DNA from: Pelagibacterales bacterium MED-G42
GTDB taxonomy: Bacteria; Pseudomonadota; Alphaproteobacteria; Pelagibacterales; Pelagibacteraceae
Assembly (NCBI GenBank): GCA_002457485.1
Contig: NTJL01000002.1
Coordinates: 7,188-71,187, forward strand
Direction: 5' to 3'
Length of the DNA stretch: 64,000 bases
Below, piece after piece: positions 30,048-39,297 of the stretch. Both the position numbers and the translations under genes were made by a program. The notes beneath the pieces are model-generated. The model saw only the letters and a program-made list of their open reading frames with translations. It was not told the origin of the DNA and ran no database searches. Positions within the stretch are counted from its first letter, which is position 1. Each line of letters opens with the position of its first letter.

Positions 30048-31832
30048 TTATTTTTTTTGTTTTAAAGCAATATTTAGTTCTTTAAGTTGATCTTCATTAA
30101 TTTCTGAAGGTGCTTTCATCATTAAGTCTTGAGCATTTTGGTTCATTGGAAACATTGTAACTTCTCTAATATTCTTTTCGTTTGCCAACAACATAACGAT
30201 TCTATCTATACCAGGCGCTATTCCTCCATGTGGTGGTGCACCATAACTTAAAGCATTTATCATTCCACTGAACTTTACATCTACTTGATCTTTATCATAA
30301 CCTACAATAGAAAAAAGTTTATACATTAGTTCTGGCTTATGATTTCTGATTGCTCCTGACGACAGTTCTATACCATTACATACTATGTCGTATTGAAATG
30401 CTGATATGCTTAAAGGGTTTTCAAAATCACTTTCTGTCAAGTTACCCTGTGGCATAGAAAATGGGTTATGACTAAATTTAATTTTGTTTGTGATATCATC
30501 CTTTTCAAACATTGGATAATCTACGATCCAACAAAATGCAAATACATTTTCATCAATTAAATTTAAGTCATTTGCTATTTTATCTCTTGCTTGAGATGTA
30601 ATTGTTTCTAAATCCTGTTGTTTGCCACAAGCCATAAAAATACTATCTCCCACATGAGAATTTGTTATTTTCATAATCTCTTGTAGAGACTCTTTTGAAA
30701 AAAATTTTCCTATTGGTCCTTTAGCAGAAAGATTTTTCTCTCCTTCAAATGTAAAATAGGCTAAACCTGATGCGCCTATTTGTTTTGCCCATTTATCAAT
30801 ATTATCAAAAAAACTTCTTGGTTTGTCTTTAGTTTTTCTCGTTTTAATACATCGAACTTTAGAGCCAGATTTTACTAACTTTTTAAAAATTTCAAATGTA
30901 ACATCTTCACGTTCAAATATTTTTGTTATATCATTTATAATTAAAGGGTTTCTCAAATCAGGTTTATCACTTCCATACATTGACATTGCATCTGCGTATG
31001 AAATTTTTGGAAATTTTTCATTCACTAATTTTTTATTTGAAAATTTTTTAAACGTGTTGACTAATAATTTTTCTACCACTTCAAAAACATCTTCTTGCTC
31101 TACAAAAGACATTTCTATATCTAATTGATAAAATTCACCTGGACTTCTATCTGCTCTTGCATCTTCATCTCTAAAACATGGTGCAATTTGAAAATATTTA
31201 TCAAAACCAGATACCATTATTAGCTGCTTAAATTGTTGAGGAGCCTGTGGTAAAGCATAAAATTTACCTGGATTTAACCTGCTAGGAACAAGAAAATCTC
31301 TAGCACCTTCAGGACTAGAGGAGGTTAAAATTGGAGTTTGAAATTCTAAAAAGCCTAATTTACCCATTTCATTTCTAATAAAAGAAATCACCTTAGATCT
31401 TAAAATTATATTTTCATGAATTTTTTTTCTTCTCAAATCTAAAAATCTATATTTCAATCTTATCTCCTCTGCATACTCCTGGTCACTGAAAATAGGCATT
31501 GGTAGTTCTTTACAAGATCCTAGGACTTCAAAATTATTTATTACGATTTCAATTTCTCCAGTATCAATATCTTTATTTATTGTTTCATTAGATCGATTAA
31601 TAACTTTACCTTGTATTTTAATTACTGTTTCTAATTGAATTTTTTCTAATTTTAAAAAATTTTGATTTTCCTTATCTATAATGCATTGAGTAACTCCATA
31701 GTTATCTCTTAGATCAACAAACAAAAGATTGCCATGATCTCTTTTTTTATTAATCCATCCAGATAGAGAAATTTCTTTACCTATATCTTTTAGCTTTAAT
31801 TCATTACAATTATGAGTTCTGTATTTATTCAA
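30048..31832 (-). CDS. aspS: Aspartate--tRNA ligase
   Basis: YRTHNC, RDHG.L.FVDLRD, PEGARDFLVPSR, CFRDEDARADR, GAPPHGGIA.GIDR; TTG start. Confidence 0.96.
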   Translation of the reverse strand: MNKYRTHNCNELKLKDIGKEISLSGWINKKRDHGNLLFVDLRDNYGVTQCIIDKENQNFLKLEKIQLETVIKIQGKVINRSNETINKDIDTGEIEIVINNFEVLGSCKELPMPIFSDQEYAEEIRLKYRFLDLRRKKIHENIILRSKVISFIRNEMGKLGFLEFQTPILTSSSPEGARDFLVPSRLNPGKFYALPQAPQQFKQLIMVSGFDKYFQIAPCFRDEDARADRSPGEFYQLDIEMSFVEQEDVFEVVEKLLVNTFKKFSNKKLVNEKFPKISYADAMSMYGSDKPDLRNPLIINDITKIFEREDVTFEIFKKLVKSGSKVRCIKTRKTKDKPRSFFDNIDKWAKQIGASGLAYFTFEGEKNLSAKGPIGKFFSKESLQEIMKITNSHVGDSIFMACGKQQDLETITSQARDKIANDLNLIDENVFAFCWIVDYPMFEKDDITNKIKFSHNPFSMPQGNLTESDFENPLSISAFQYDIVCNGIELSSGAIRNHKPELMYKLFSIVGYDKDQVDVKFSGMINALSYGAPPHGGIAPGIDRIVMLLANEKNIREVTMFPMNQNAQDLMMKAPSEINEDQLKELNIALKQKK

Positions 31833-32495
31833 TTATTCCTCTAATACTTCTTTAATAATTTTAAAATCGATTGGTTTTTTTCTTTTTAAACTAATTTTGT
31901 CAATTTTATATATAAAATCAAATATTTTGCCATACGATCTGTCAATTCTTTTAATAATAAAATTTATTAATTTTTTATCTATTGATATTTGTCTATCAGA
32001 TAGATTTTTCAGGATTAATGCAAACATAAGGTCATCGTCTGGTTTTTCTATAGTAGATAGAAGAAAGTTTTTAGATCTTGATATTAAATCATTTAATGCA
32101 TATTTAAAATTAACTATTGGCTTTTCTGTTGTTACAATTAAATATTTATTACTTTGATCAATAATATTGAACAATGTAAAAAGCAATTTCTCATCAACTT
32201 TTTCATTAAGATTCTCAATAACAATATTTTCGTGGATTTTTATATCATTTAGAAATTTATTATTAATATTTTTTGACTCTACTTTTATTCCTCTAAATTT
32301 TTTTAAAAAAATATTTATAAGATGTGTTTTACCAGAATATTTTTCTCCTATTAAATTGATGAAATTTTTTTCCCATTTTGGCCAACTACTTAATAATTTA
32401 AATGAATATTCGTTACTTTTAGAAACATAAAAATCTTGATCTTGGAAGTTTTGTTCATAATTAAAATCTAAAATTAATTGGTTCAAATTTTTCAT
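31833..32495 (-). CDS. hdaA: DnaA regulatory inactivator HdaA-like protein
   Basis: N-terminal clamp-binding QLILDF, Walker-A-like GEKYSGKTHL, DLISR; SD GGAG before ATG 32495. Confidence 0.75.
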   Translation of the reverse strand: MKNLNQLILDFNYEQNFQDQDFYVSKSNEYSFKLLSSWPKWEKNFINLIGEKYSGKTHLINIFLKKFRGIKVESKNINNKFLNDIKIHENIVIENLNEKVDEKLLFTLFNIIDQSNKYLIVTTEKPIVNFKYALNDLISRSKNFLLSTIEKPDDDLMFALILKNLSDRQISIDKKLINFIIKRIDRSYGKIFDFIYKIDKISLKRKKPIDFKIIKEVLEE

Positions 32496-33571
32496 TTTAA
32501 CTCCCATACTTGATTAAATGTATCAAACTCATAATTTCTTTCTCTCATTATTTTAAGAAAATAATTCGGTGAGCCATTAAATATAATTTTATAAATATTA
32601 TTTCTATTATTAAATTTATAAATATGAAAATTATGAATTAAATCTATATTAGATAAATTCTCTTCTAATTCAAAAATTTTAAGATTATTTGTATTATCAA
32701 CTGATATAGTGAAAGAAGATTTTACAGAAGTATTTATCTCATTTTTAGATTTCCAGTAATTTTCGTATATATTTTTTAATTCATTAGTAAATTTTTTAAT
32801 TTCATTTTCATTATTTAAATCAAAATATTCAAATTTCAAATTTTTTAAATATGATTTTTCATCAAAATTAATTCGGTTTAATACTCTAATTTCGTTTATA
32901 TCTTTATAAACAATGGTAATAATAAAATCTTTTGTATTATATTTCTTAATTATTTCATTAAAATCATAATTTTCTAAATTTGTTAATCTATTTTTTATTA
33001 AATTGAAATCTTCAAGATCTTCAGTTGGTAATATGTATTCTAGTAAATGATAGTTCTTAATATTTGAATTCCAATTATTAAATAGATAGCTTTCAGAAAA
33101 CATTAAAATTTCCTCTTTACTTTGATCAAGAATAATAGGTATTAAAAAAACTTTTTTTTTAATAGGTAAAGACGGATATATATTTTTTCTTTGTAAAAAA
33201 TTAAATATTCTTTTTTTATTAAATGTTACCTTTAATGATAAGTAATATATGTTATCAATAAATTTTTCCTCCTTTATTGAAAATGTCTCTATCATTCCTT
33301 TTATCGAATTTAATGAAATATTTTCTAGTTTAATTTGATCTTTAGTTTGAACAATGGTGTAAATCATTTGATCAAATGCTTGGATAAATCCTTCATCTAT
33401 CACCTCATTTTTGTCAAAATTTATCTGAAAAGGAGTAGAAATTTCAATATTGTTAATGGAAAAGGTCTTAGCATAAATATTTTCTGTGGAAAAAAAAATA
33501 TTTAACACAGCAAGAAAGTAAAATTGAATATATAGTTTTTTAAAATTAAAAAGTTGAGAATTAAATTTCAT
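32492..33571 (-). CDS. Exported hypothetical protein, DUF2066-like
   Basis: Signal-peptide-like N-terminus, F.I.EE...Y...V.F pattern; conserved position divergent from purM. Confidence 0.55.
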   Translation of the reverse strand: MKFNSQLFNFKKLYIQFYFLAVLNIFFSTENIYAKTFSINNIEISTPFQINFDKNEVIDEGFIQAFDQMIYTIVQTKDQIKLENISLNSIKGMIETFSIKEEKFIDNIYYLSLKVTFNKKRIFNFLQRKNIYPSLPIKKKVFLIPIILDQSKEEILMFSESYLFNNWNSNIKNYHLLEYILPTEDLEDFNLIKNRLTNLENYDFNEIIKKYNTKDFIITIVYKDINEIRVLNRINFDEKSYLKNLKFEYFDLNNENEIKKFTNELKNIYENYWKSKNEINTSVKSSFTISVDNTNNLKIFELEENLSNIDLIHNFHIYKFNNRNNIYKIIFNGSPNYFLKIMRERNYEFDTFNQVWELK

Positions 33572-33582
33572 AAAATATATAA

Positions 33583-34614
33583 ATGAATAAAAAATTATAT
33601 ACTTATAAACAAAGTGGAGTTAGCATTAAAGCTGCAGATAATTTTGTAAGTTTCATTTCTTCTATCTCATCAAAAAAAAAGGGCAAAAAAAAGTTTAGCA
33701 ATATTGGTGGTTTTGGCTCTATATCGGACATACCAAGTCGTATAAAACAGCCCAAAATTGTAGCTTGTACGGATGGTGTTGGAACCAAAATTGAAATTGC
33801 AAATATTTTAAATAAGTATGACACTATTGGAATTGACCTGGTTGCAATGAGCGTAAATGACTTAATTGTTCAGGGCGCTAAACCTCTTTTATTCTTAGAC
33901 TATATATCAATCAATAAAATTAATTTAACTAAAATGAAATCAATAATTAGAGGTATAATAAATGGTTGTAATCAATCTATGTGTGAACTAGTTGGTGGGG
34001 AAACAGCAGAAATGCCTGATACTTACGAGAAAGGCAAATTTGATATTGCAGGTTTTGCAGTGGGTATTGTTGACAAAGATAAAATTTTAAACAAAAAAAA
34101 AATTAAAGAAAATGACTTAATTTTAGCAATTCCTTCAAGTGGGCTTCATTCTAATGGTTATTCTCTTGTAAGATACCTTCTTAAACAAAAAAAAATAAAT
34201 ATTAAAAAAAACAAATTTTTAAAAACTGAATTATTGAGACCAACAAAAATCTACGTAAAAGAAATATTAAAATTAGTTAATAAAAATTTAATTAAGGGAT
34301 GTGCCAATATTACGGGAGGAGGCATTGCTGATAATATAAAAAGAATTATTCCTGAAAATTTAGTTGCAAATATAAATTTAAGTAAAATTAAAAGTTTAAA
34401 AATTTTCTCATGGTTAAAAAATAATTCTATTTCAGATGAAGAAATGCTTAAAACATTTAATTGTGGGGTTGGATTTTGTTTAATAATTAGTCCTAAAAAT
34501 TTAAAAAAAGTCAAAAAATATTTTGGACAAAAATTTAAACCATATGAAATTGGAAAAATTTCTAAAGGAAAAAATAAAGTAAAATTAAATGGCTCTATTA
34601 ACTGGATCAAATAA
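33583..34614 (+). CDS. purM: Phosphoribosylformylglycinamidine cyclo-ligase
   Basis: YKQSGV, TDGVGTK, GGETAEMP, SSGLHSNGYS, TFNCGVG. Confidence 0.95.
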   Translation: MNKKLYTYKQSGVSIKAADNFVSFISSISSKKKGKKKFSNIGGFGSISDIPSRIKQPKIVACTDGVGTKIEIANILNKYDTIGIDLVAMSVNDLIVQGAKPLLFLDYISINKINLTKMKSIIRGIINGCNQSMCELVGGETAEMPDTYEKGKFDIAGFAVGIVDKDKILNKKKIKENDLILAIPSSGLHSNGYSLVRYLLKQKKINIKKNKFLKTELLRPTKIYVKEILKLVNKNLIKGCANITGGGIADNIKRIIPENLVANINLSKIKSLKIFSWLKNNSISDEEMLKTFNCGVGFCLIISPKNLKKVKKYFGQKFKPYEIGKISKGKNKVKLNGSINWIK

Positions 34615-35170
34615 AATAAAAACATCAGTTTTTATTTCAGGTAATGGAAGTAATTTAAAGTCTCTAATAAAATTTTCTAAACAAAGAAAGTCTCCAATAT
34701 TAATTCAACTAATTATTACTGATAATCTTTATGCAAAAGGTTTAAATTATGCAAAACATTACAAAATTAAAAAAAAAATAATTGATTTTAAAAATAAAAA
34801 TCTTGCAGAAAAAAAGATTATTTTTGAGTTAAAAAAGAATAAAATAGATTGTGTATGTTTAGCTGGATTCATGAGAATTTTATCAAAAAATTTTATTAAA
34901 AACTTTAAAGGAAAAATATTAAATATCCACCCTTCTCTTCTTCCAAAGTATAAAGGATTAAATACTCATCAAAGAGCAATTAATAAAAAAGAAAAATTCT
35001 CAGGCTGTACAGTTCATTTTGTAAGCTCAAAGTTAGACTCGGGTAAAATTATTTTGCAAAAAAAAGTAAGGATTAAAAGCAATGATACACCAAAAAAACT
35101 CGCAAAAAAAATTTTAGCTCAAGAACACAAACTATATCCTAAAGCTATATTAAAAATATTTAATCCTTAA
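34589..35170 (+). CDS. purN: Phosphoribosylglycinamide formyltransferase
   Basis: ISGNGSNL, LAGFMRIL, NIHPSLLP, GCTVHFV, DSG. Confidence 0.95.
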   Translation: MALLTGSNKIKTSVFISGNGSNLKSLIKFSKQRKSPILIQLIITDNLYAKGLNYAKHYKIKKKIIDFKNKNLAEKKIIFELKKNKIDCVCLAGFMRILSKNFIKNFKGKILNIHPSLLPKYKGLNTHQRAINKKEKFSGCTVHFVSSKLDSGKIILQKKVRIKSNDTPKKLAKKILAQEHKLYPKAILKIFNP

Positions 35171-35570
35171 AGAAAAAATCTATTTCAATTTTTGCATTTT
35201 CTATACTATCAGAACCATGAACTGAATTCTTATCGATAGAAATTCCATATTTTTTTCTAATAGTACCCTCTTTTGCATTTCCTGGATTTGTTGCTCCCAT
35301 TAAATCTCTATTTGCCAATATGGCATTTTCTTTTTCTAAAACCATTGCAACAATAGGTCCAGAAGAAAGATATTCGCAAAGATCATTGTAAAATGGCTTA
35401 GTTTGGTGAATTTTATAAAATTTTTCAGCTTCAGATTTTTCTATTTGAACTTTCTTTTCTTTTAATATGTTAAAACCATTAATTTTAAACATCTCTTTGA
35501 TTTCATTTTCTAAATTTCTTTCAACTGCATCAGGTTTTATTATAGATAGTGTTTTTTCTATATTATTCAT
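35160..35570 (-). CDS. ndk: Nucleoside diphosphate kinase
   Basis: TLSIIKPDAV, GATNP, NSVHGSDS; start ATG 35570. Confidence 0.95.
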   Translation of the reverse strand: MNNIEKTLSIIKPDAVERNLENEIKEMFKINGFNILKEKKVQIEKSEAEKFYKIHQTKPFYNDLCEYLSSGPIVAMVLEKENAILANRDLMGATNPGNAKEGTIRKKYGISIDKNSVHGSDSIENAKIEIDFFFKD

Positions 35571-37020
35571 AGTAATCCTCAATTAATTTATTAAGTAACC
35601 TCACTCCATATCCAGTTGCACCACCTGAATTCAAAGCACCTCCATATTTTGAAAACGCCATACCAGCAATATCAAGATGTGCCCAAGGTGTTTTATTCAA
35701 AATAAATCTTTGTAGAAATTGTGCAGCTGTAGTTGAACCAGCTCCACCTACATAATTAATATTTTGCATATCTGCATTTTTAGAATTTATAAGTTTATCA
35801 AAATTTTCATGTAAAGGCATTCTCCAAACTTTTTCTTCAACACTTTCACCGGCATTAATAATTTGTTTTGACAATTTATCATCGTTTGAAAATAATCCAG
35901 CGTACTCAGATCCTAAAGAAACAATAATTGCACCAGTTAATGTTGCTAAGTCAACCATAAATTGAGGTTTAAATTTTTTTTCAGTAAATGTGAGTGCATC
36001 AGCTAGTACTAATCTTCCCTCAGCATCAGTATTAAGTATTTCAATTGTTTTTCCACTATATGATTTTACTATATCTCCAGGTCTTTGTGCATTACCACCA
36101 GGCATATTTTCAACAAGACCAACAACCCCAACAGCATTAACTTTAGCTTTCCTCATTGCTAAATTTTTCATTAAACCGACAACTACTGCTGATCCAGCCA
36201 TATCATAAGTCATATCTTCCATAAATTTTGCTGGCTTGAGTGAAATTCCTCCTGTGTCAAAACAAACTCCTTTACCAACAAAAGCAAGAGGTTTTGAGTT
36301 ATTTTTTTTTCCATTCCATTCTATAGTTACCAAATATGATCCCCTTATACTTCCTTGGCCAACACCAAGAAGAGAATTCATACCTAATTTTTTTAATTTT
36401 TTTTCATCATAAACTGCTATCTTCAATCCAATTTTTTTAAGAGACACTATTCTTTTTGAATATTCATCAGGATGTAAAATATTTCCTGGTTCTGAAACTA
36501 AATCCCTTGCATAAAATGTTCCTTCTTCCAATGCTTTAAATTTTAATTCATCATTAATAGAAAGTTTATTTTTTTTTCCAGTTACATTAATTAATAATGA
36601 TCTATTTATTTTTTTTGTTTTATATTTATTAAATTCGTATGACTTTAATTTAAGCCCATGTAAAAAATATCCTATCAAATTACTAATCTTACTATCTATA
36701 GTATCTATATTTACTAAATAACTATTTTTTTCACCGTAATTGATGTATGCATAAAATTCTGCACCTAAATTTTCAACTTCATTAATTTTTATATCTTTTT
36801 TGATTGATACAAGGATTATTTTTTTTTTTGAATTTATCTCAAATATAAGTAATTTTTTTTTTAGATCGCTTTTTTTTAATAAATCTGAAATATATAAAAA
36901 TTCATTGTTAGAAATATATTTCTTTAAATTCATAATGTTGAATTTTTCGTCAACAAATAAGACCAAATTAGTTGGTTTTTTTTTATTATTTGAGCTTTTA
37001 TAATTAATTGTAACAGTCAT
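35563..37020 (-). CDS. pepA: Leucyl aminopeptidase
   Basis: VGKGVCFDTGG, DMAG, NTDAEGRL, DLATLTGA, WAHLDIAG. Confidence 0.95.
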   Translation of the reverse strand: MTVTINYKSSNNKKKPTNLVLFVDEKFNIMNLKKYISNNEFLYISDLLKKSDLKKKLLIFEINSKKKIILVSIKKDIKINEVENLGAEFYAYINYGEKNSYLVNIDTIDSKISNLIGYFLHGLKLKSYEFNKYKTKKINRSLLINVTGKKNKLSINDELKFKALEEGTFYARDLVSEPGNILHPDEYSKRIVSLKKIGLKIAVYDEKKLKKLGMNSLLGVGQGSIRGSYLVTIEWNGKKNNSKPLAFVGKGVCFDTGGISLKPAKFMEDMTYDMAGSAVVVGLMKNLAMRKAKVNAVGVVGLVENMPGGNAQRPGDIVKSYSGKTIEILNTDAEGRLVLADALTFTEKKFKPQFMVDLATLTGAIIVSLGSEYAGLFSNDDKLSKQIINAGESVEEKVWRMPLHENFDKLINSKNADMQNINYVGGAGSTTAAQFLQRFILNKTPWAHLDIAGMAFSKYGGALNSGGATGYGVRLLNKLIEDYYE

Positions 37021-37081
37021 AAATTTTAAATACACTCATTGCGAGTAGAGTGCTATATATTAATAAAATAATCATATTTCA

Positions 37082-38227
37082 ATGAAAAAGATAATATTTA
37101 GAAAATTACTTATGGATTGCATGACCTTCTTTATAATCGCTTTAGTAAGTGCGAGTGTGATTATATGGGTTTTTCAAGCAGTTAATTTCTTAGACATCAT
37201 GATTGAGGATGGGCGAGATTTCTTAGTTTACATCAAATTTTCATTACTTAATTTTCCTAAAATATTCAGTAAATTACTTCCTTTTGTATTATTTTTCAGT
37301 TTGTTTTACATAACTGGAAGATACGAAAAAAACAACGAATTAATGATTTTTTGGAATTTTGGAGTAAATAAAATTCAAATTATAAATTTTTTTTTTAAAT
37401 TTTCTATAATCTTATTACTTATTCAAATTTCTTTAACTGCATTCGTTGTTCCAAAATCGCAAGAGCTAGCAAGATCTTTTTTAAAAGAATCTAAGGTAAA
37501 TTTTTTAGGAAATTTTATAAAAAAACAGAAATTTAATGATACAATTAAAGGTGTAACTATTTTTAGTGAAAGAAAAGACAATGAAGGGAATCTATATAAT
37601 TTATATTTAAAAAAAAATATTGGTGTTTCAAATTTTCAAATCACTTATGCAAAAAAGGGAAAATTTAAAGAAATAAATAATACACCTGTCTTAGTTTTGT
37701 TTGATGGTGAAACAATAAGTAAAAAAGATGATGAGATCACTAATATAAGCTTTTCAAAATCTGATTTTATTTTAAAAAGTCTTGAATCTAACACTACTAC
37801 ATATGCTAAAACACAAGAAATCTCCTCGTTAAATCTTCTTAGATGTATAGGAATAATTTATAAGCTTGATTTCATAGAAAAAAAAACAATTAATAAAAAA
37901 ATACCAAATTGCAGTATTCAAAATATAACAAATATCTTTAAGGAATTTTATAAAAGACTTATTATACCACTTTATATTCCAATTTTAACTTTAGTCCCTT
38001 TTATGCTGATTATTTTATCTAAAGAAAATTCTAATTACTTAAGACTTAAAATTTTAACTTTTTTAATTGGTTTAATAGTTATAATATTTTCAGAAACAAC
38101 AATAAGATTAATTTCTGATACTATTATACCAAACTTCAAGATTATTATCATTCCATTTTGTTTATTCTTAATTTTATATATTACGTTTTTTTATAATTTT
38201 ATATATTTCAAAAAAAATAAGATATGA
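37082..38227 (+). CDS. lptF: LPS export permease LptF
   Basis: YjgP/YjgQ topology, NELMIFWNFGV; first gene of the lptFG-lptD-surA-pdxA-rsmA cluster. Confidence 0.8.
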   Translation: MKKIIFRKLLMDCMTFFIIALVSASVIIWVFQAVNFLDIMIEDGRDFLVYIKFSLLNFPKIFSKLLPFVLFFSLFYITGRYEKNNELMIFWNFGVNKIQIINFFFKFSIILLLIQISLTAFVVPKSQELARSFLKESKVNFLGNFIKKQKFNDTIKGVTIFSERKDNEGNLYNLYLKKNIGVSNFQITYAKKGKFKEINNTPVLVLFDGETISKKDDEITNISFSKSDFILKSLESNTTTYAKTQEISSLNLLRCIGIIYKLDFIEKKTINKKIPNCSIQNITNIFKEFYKRLIIPLYIPILTLVPFMLIILSKENSNYLRLKILTFLIGLIVIIFSETTIRLISDTIIPNFKIIIIPFCLFLILYITFFYNFIYFKKNKI

Positions 38228-39297
38228 AAGTTTACATAAAATTTTTAACTACTTTATTCTTAAGATGTTTTATTTATGTAGTTTTAGTTATAACTAGTTT
38301 AGTATTTATTCTAAATCTATTGAGTGAATTAGATTTCTTTAAAGAAATAAATGTAAATAACTTTTTTCCATTATTTCTTACTGCATTAAATGCACCCTCA
38401 ATGATTTTTGAAATTTTCCCTTTTATCTTTTTAATAAGTACTCAACTTTTTTTTATTAAACTTTTTGATAATAAAGAAATTGATATATTTAAGTATACAG
38501 GTTTAAAAAATTCAAGAATATTTACAATAATTGGTATATTATCCATACTTATTGGAATATTTGTCACTATCTTTTTTTATAATTTTTCCTCAAATTTAAA
38601 AAGTTTTTACCTTGAGTTGAAATCGCAATATACTTCAGATGAGAGACATTTAGCGGTAATTACTAAAAATGGTTTGTGGATAAAAGATAAGATTAATAAT
38701 AAGGTTTTAATTATAAACTCCTCAAAAATAGATCAAAATTATTTAATTGGAAATTTTATAACAGAATTTGACTCCAACTTTAAATCAATAAGAAATATTA
38801 AAAGTGAAAAAATTGATATTACAGATAAGGAATGGATTATATTTGATGCAAAAATTTATATTAAAAATAATTATGAAAATAAAGGGCAAATAAAACTTAA
38901 AACAAATTTTGATTATAAAAGAATACAAAGTTTATATTCAAATTTATCTGCATTAAGTATTATTCAACTTTATGAGCTTCGTAAAAATTATATAAGATTG
39001 AATTATTCTGTGACTGAAGTAAATCTTCAAATTTTAAAATTAATATCATTTCCATTATACTTATTAATGATGGTGATTTTCTCTGGGTGCTTAATGCTTA
39101 GAATTAAATATTTTGACAGCTCTACTATTAAAATCTCAATAGGATTATTTTTTTCTGTAATCATTTATTATATTAATAATTTCTTTTATGTACTTGGTAG
39201 TACTGAAAGACTACCTTTATCAATTGCGATATTTTTACCGATATTTATACTTATATTAACTAACAGTTTATTATTAAAAGATATTAATGAAAATTAA
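38224..39297 (+). CDS. lptG: LPS export permease LptG
   Basis: YjgP/YjgQ topology, GLWIKD; synteny. Confidence 0.8.
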   Translation: MKVYIKFLTTLFLRCFIYVVLVITSLVFILNLLSELDFFKEINVNNFFPLFLTALNAPSMIFEIFPFIFLISTQLFFIKLFDNKEIDIFKYTGLKNSRIFTIIGILSILIGIFVTIFFYNFSSNLKSFYLELKSQYTSDERHLAVITKNGLWIKDKINNKVLIINSSKIDQNYLIGNFITEFDSNFKSIRNIKSEKIDITDKEWIIFDAKIYIKNNYENKGQIKLKTNFDYKRIQSLYSNLSALSIIQLYELRKNYIRLNYSVTEVNLQILKLISFPLYLLMMVIFSGCLMLRIKYFDSSTIKISIGLFFSVIIYYINNFFYVLGSTERLPLSIAIFLPIFILILTNSLLLKDINEN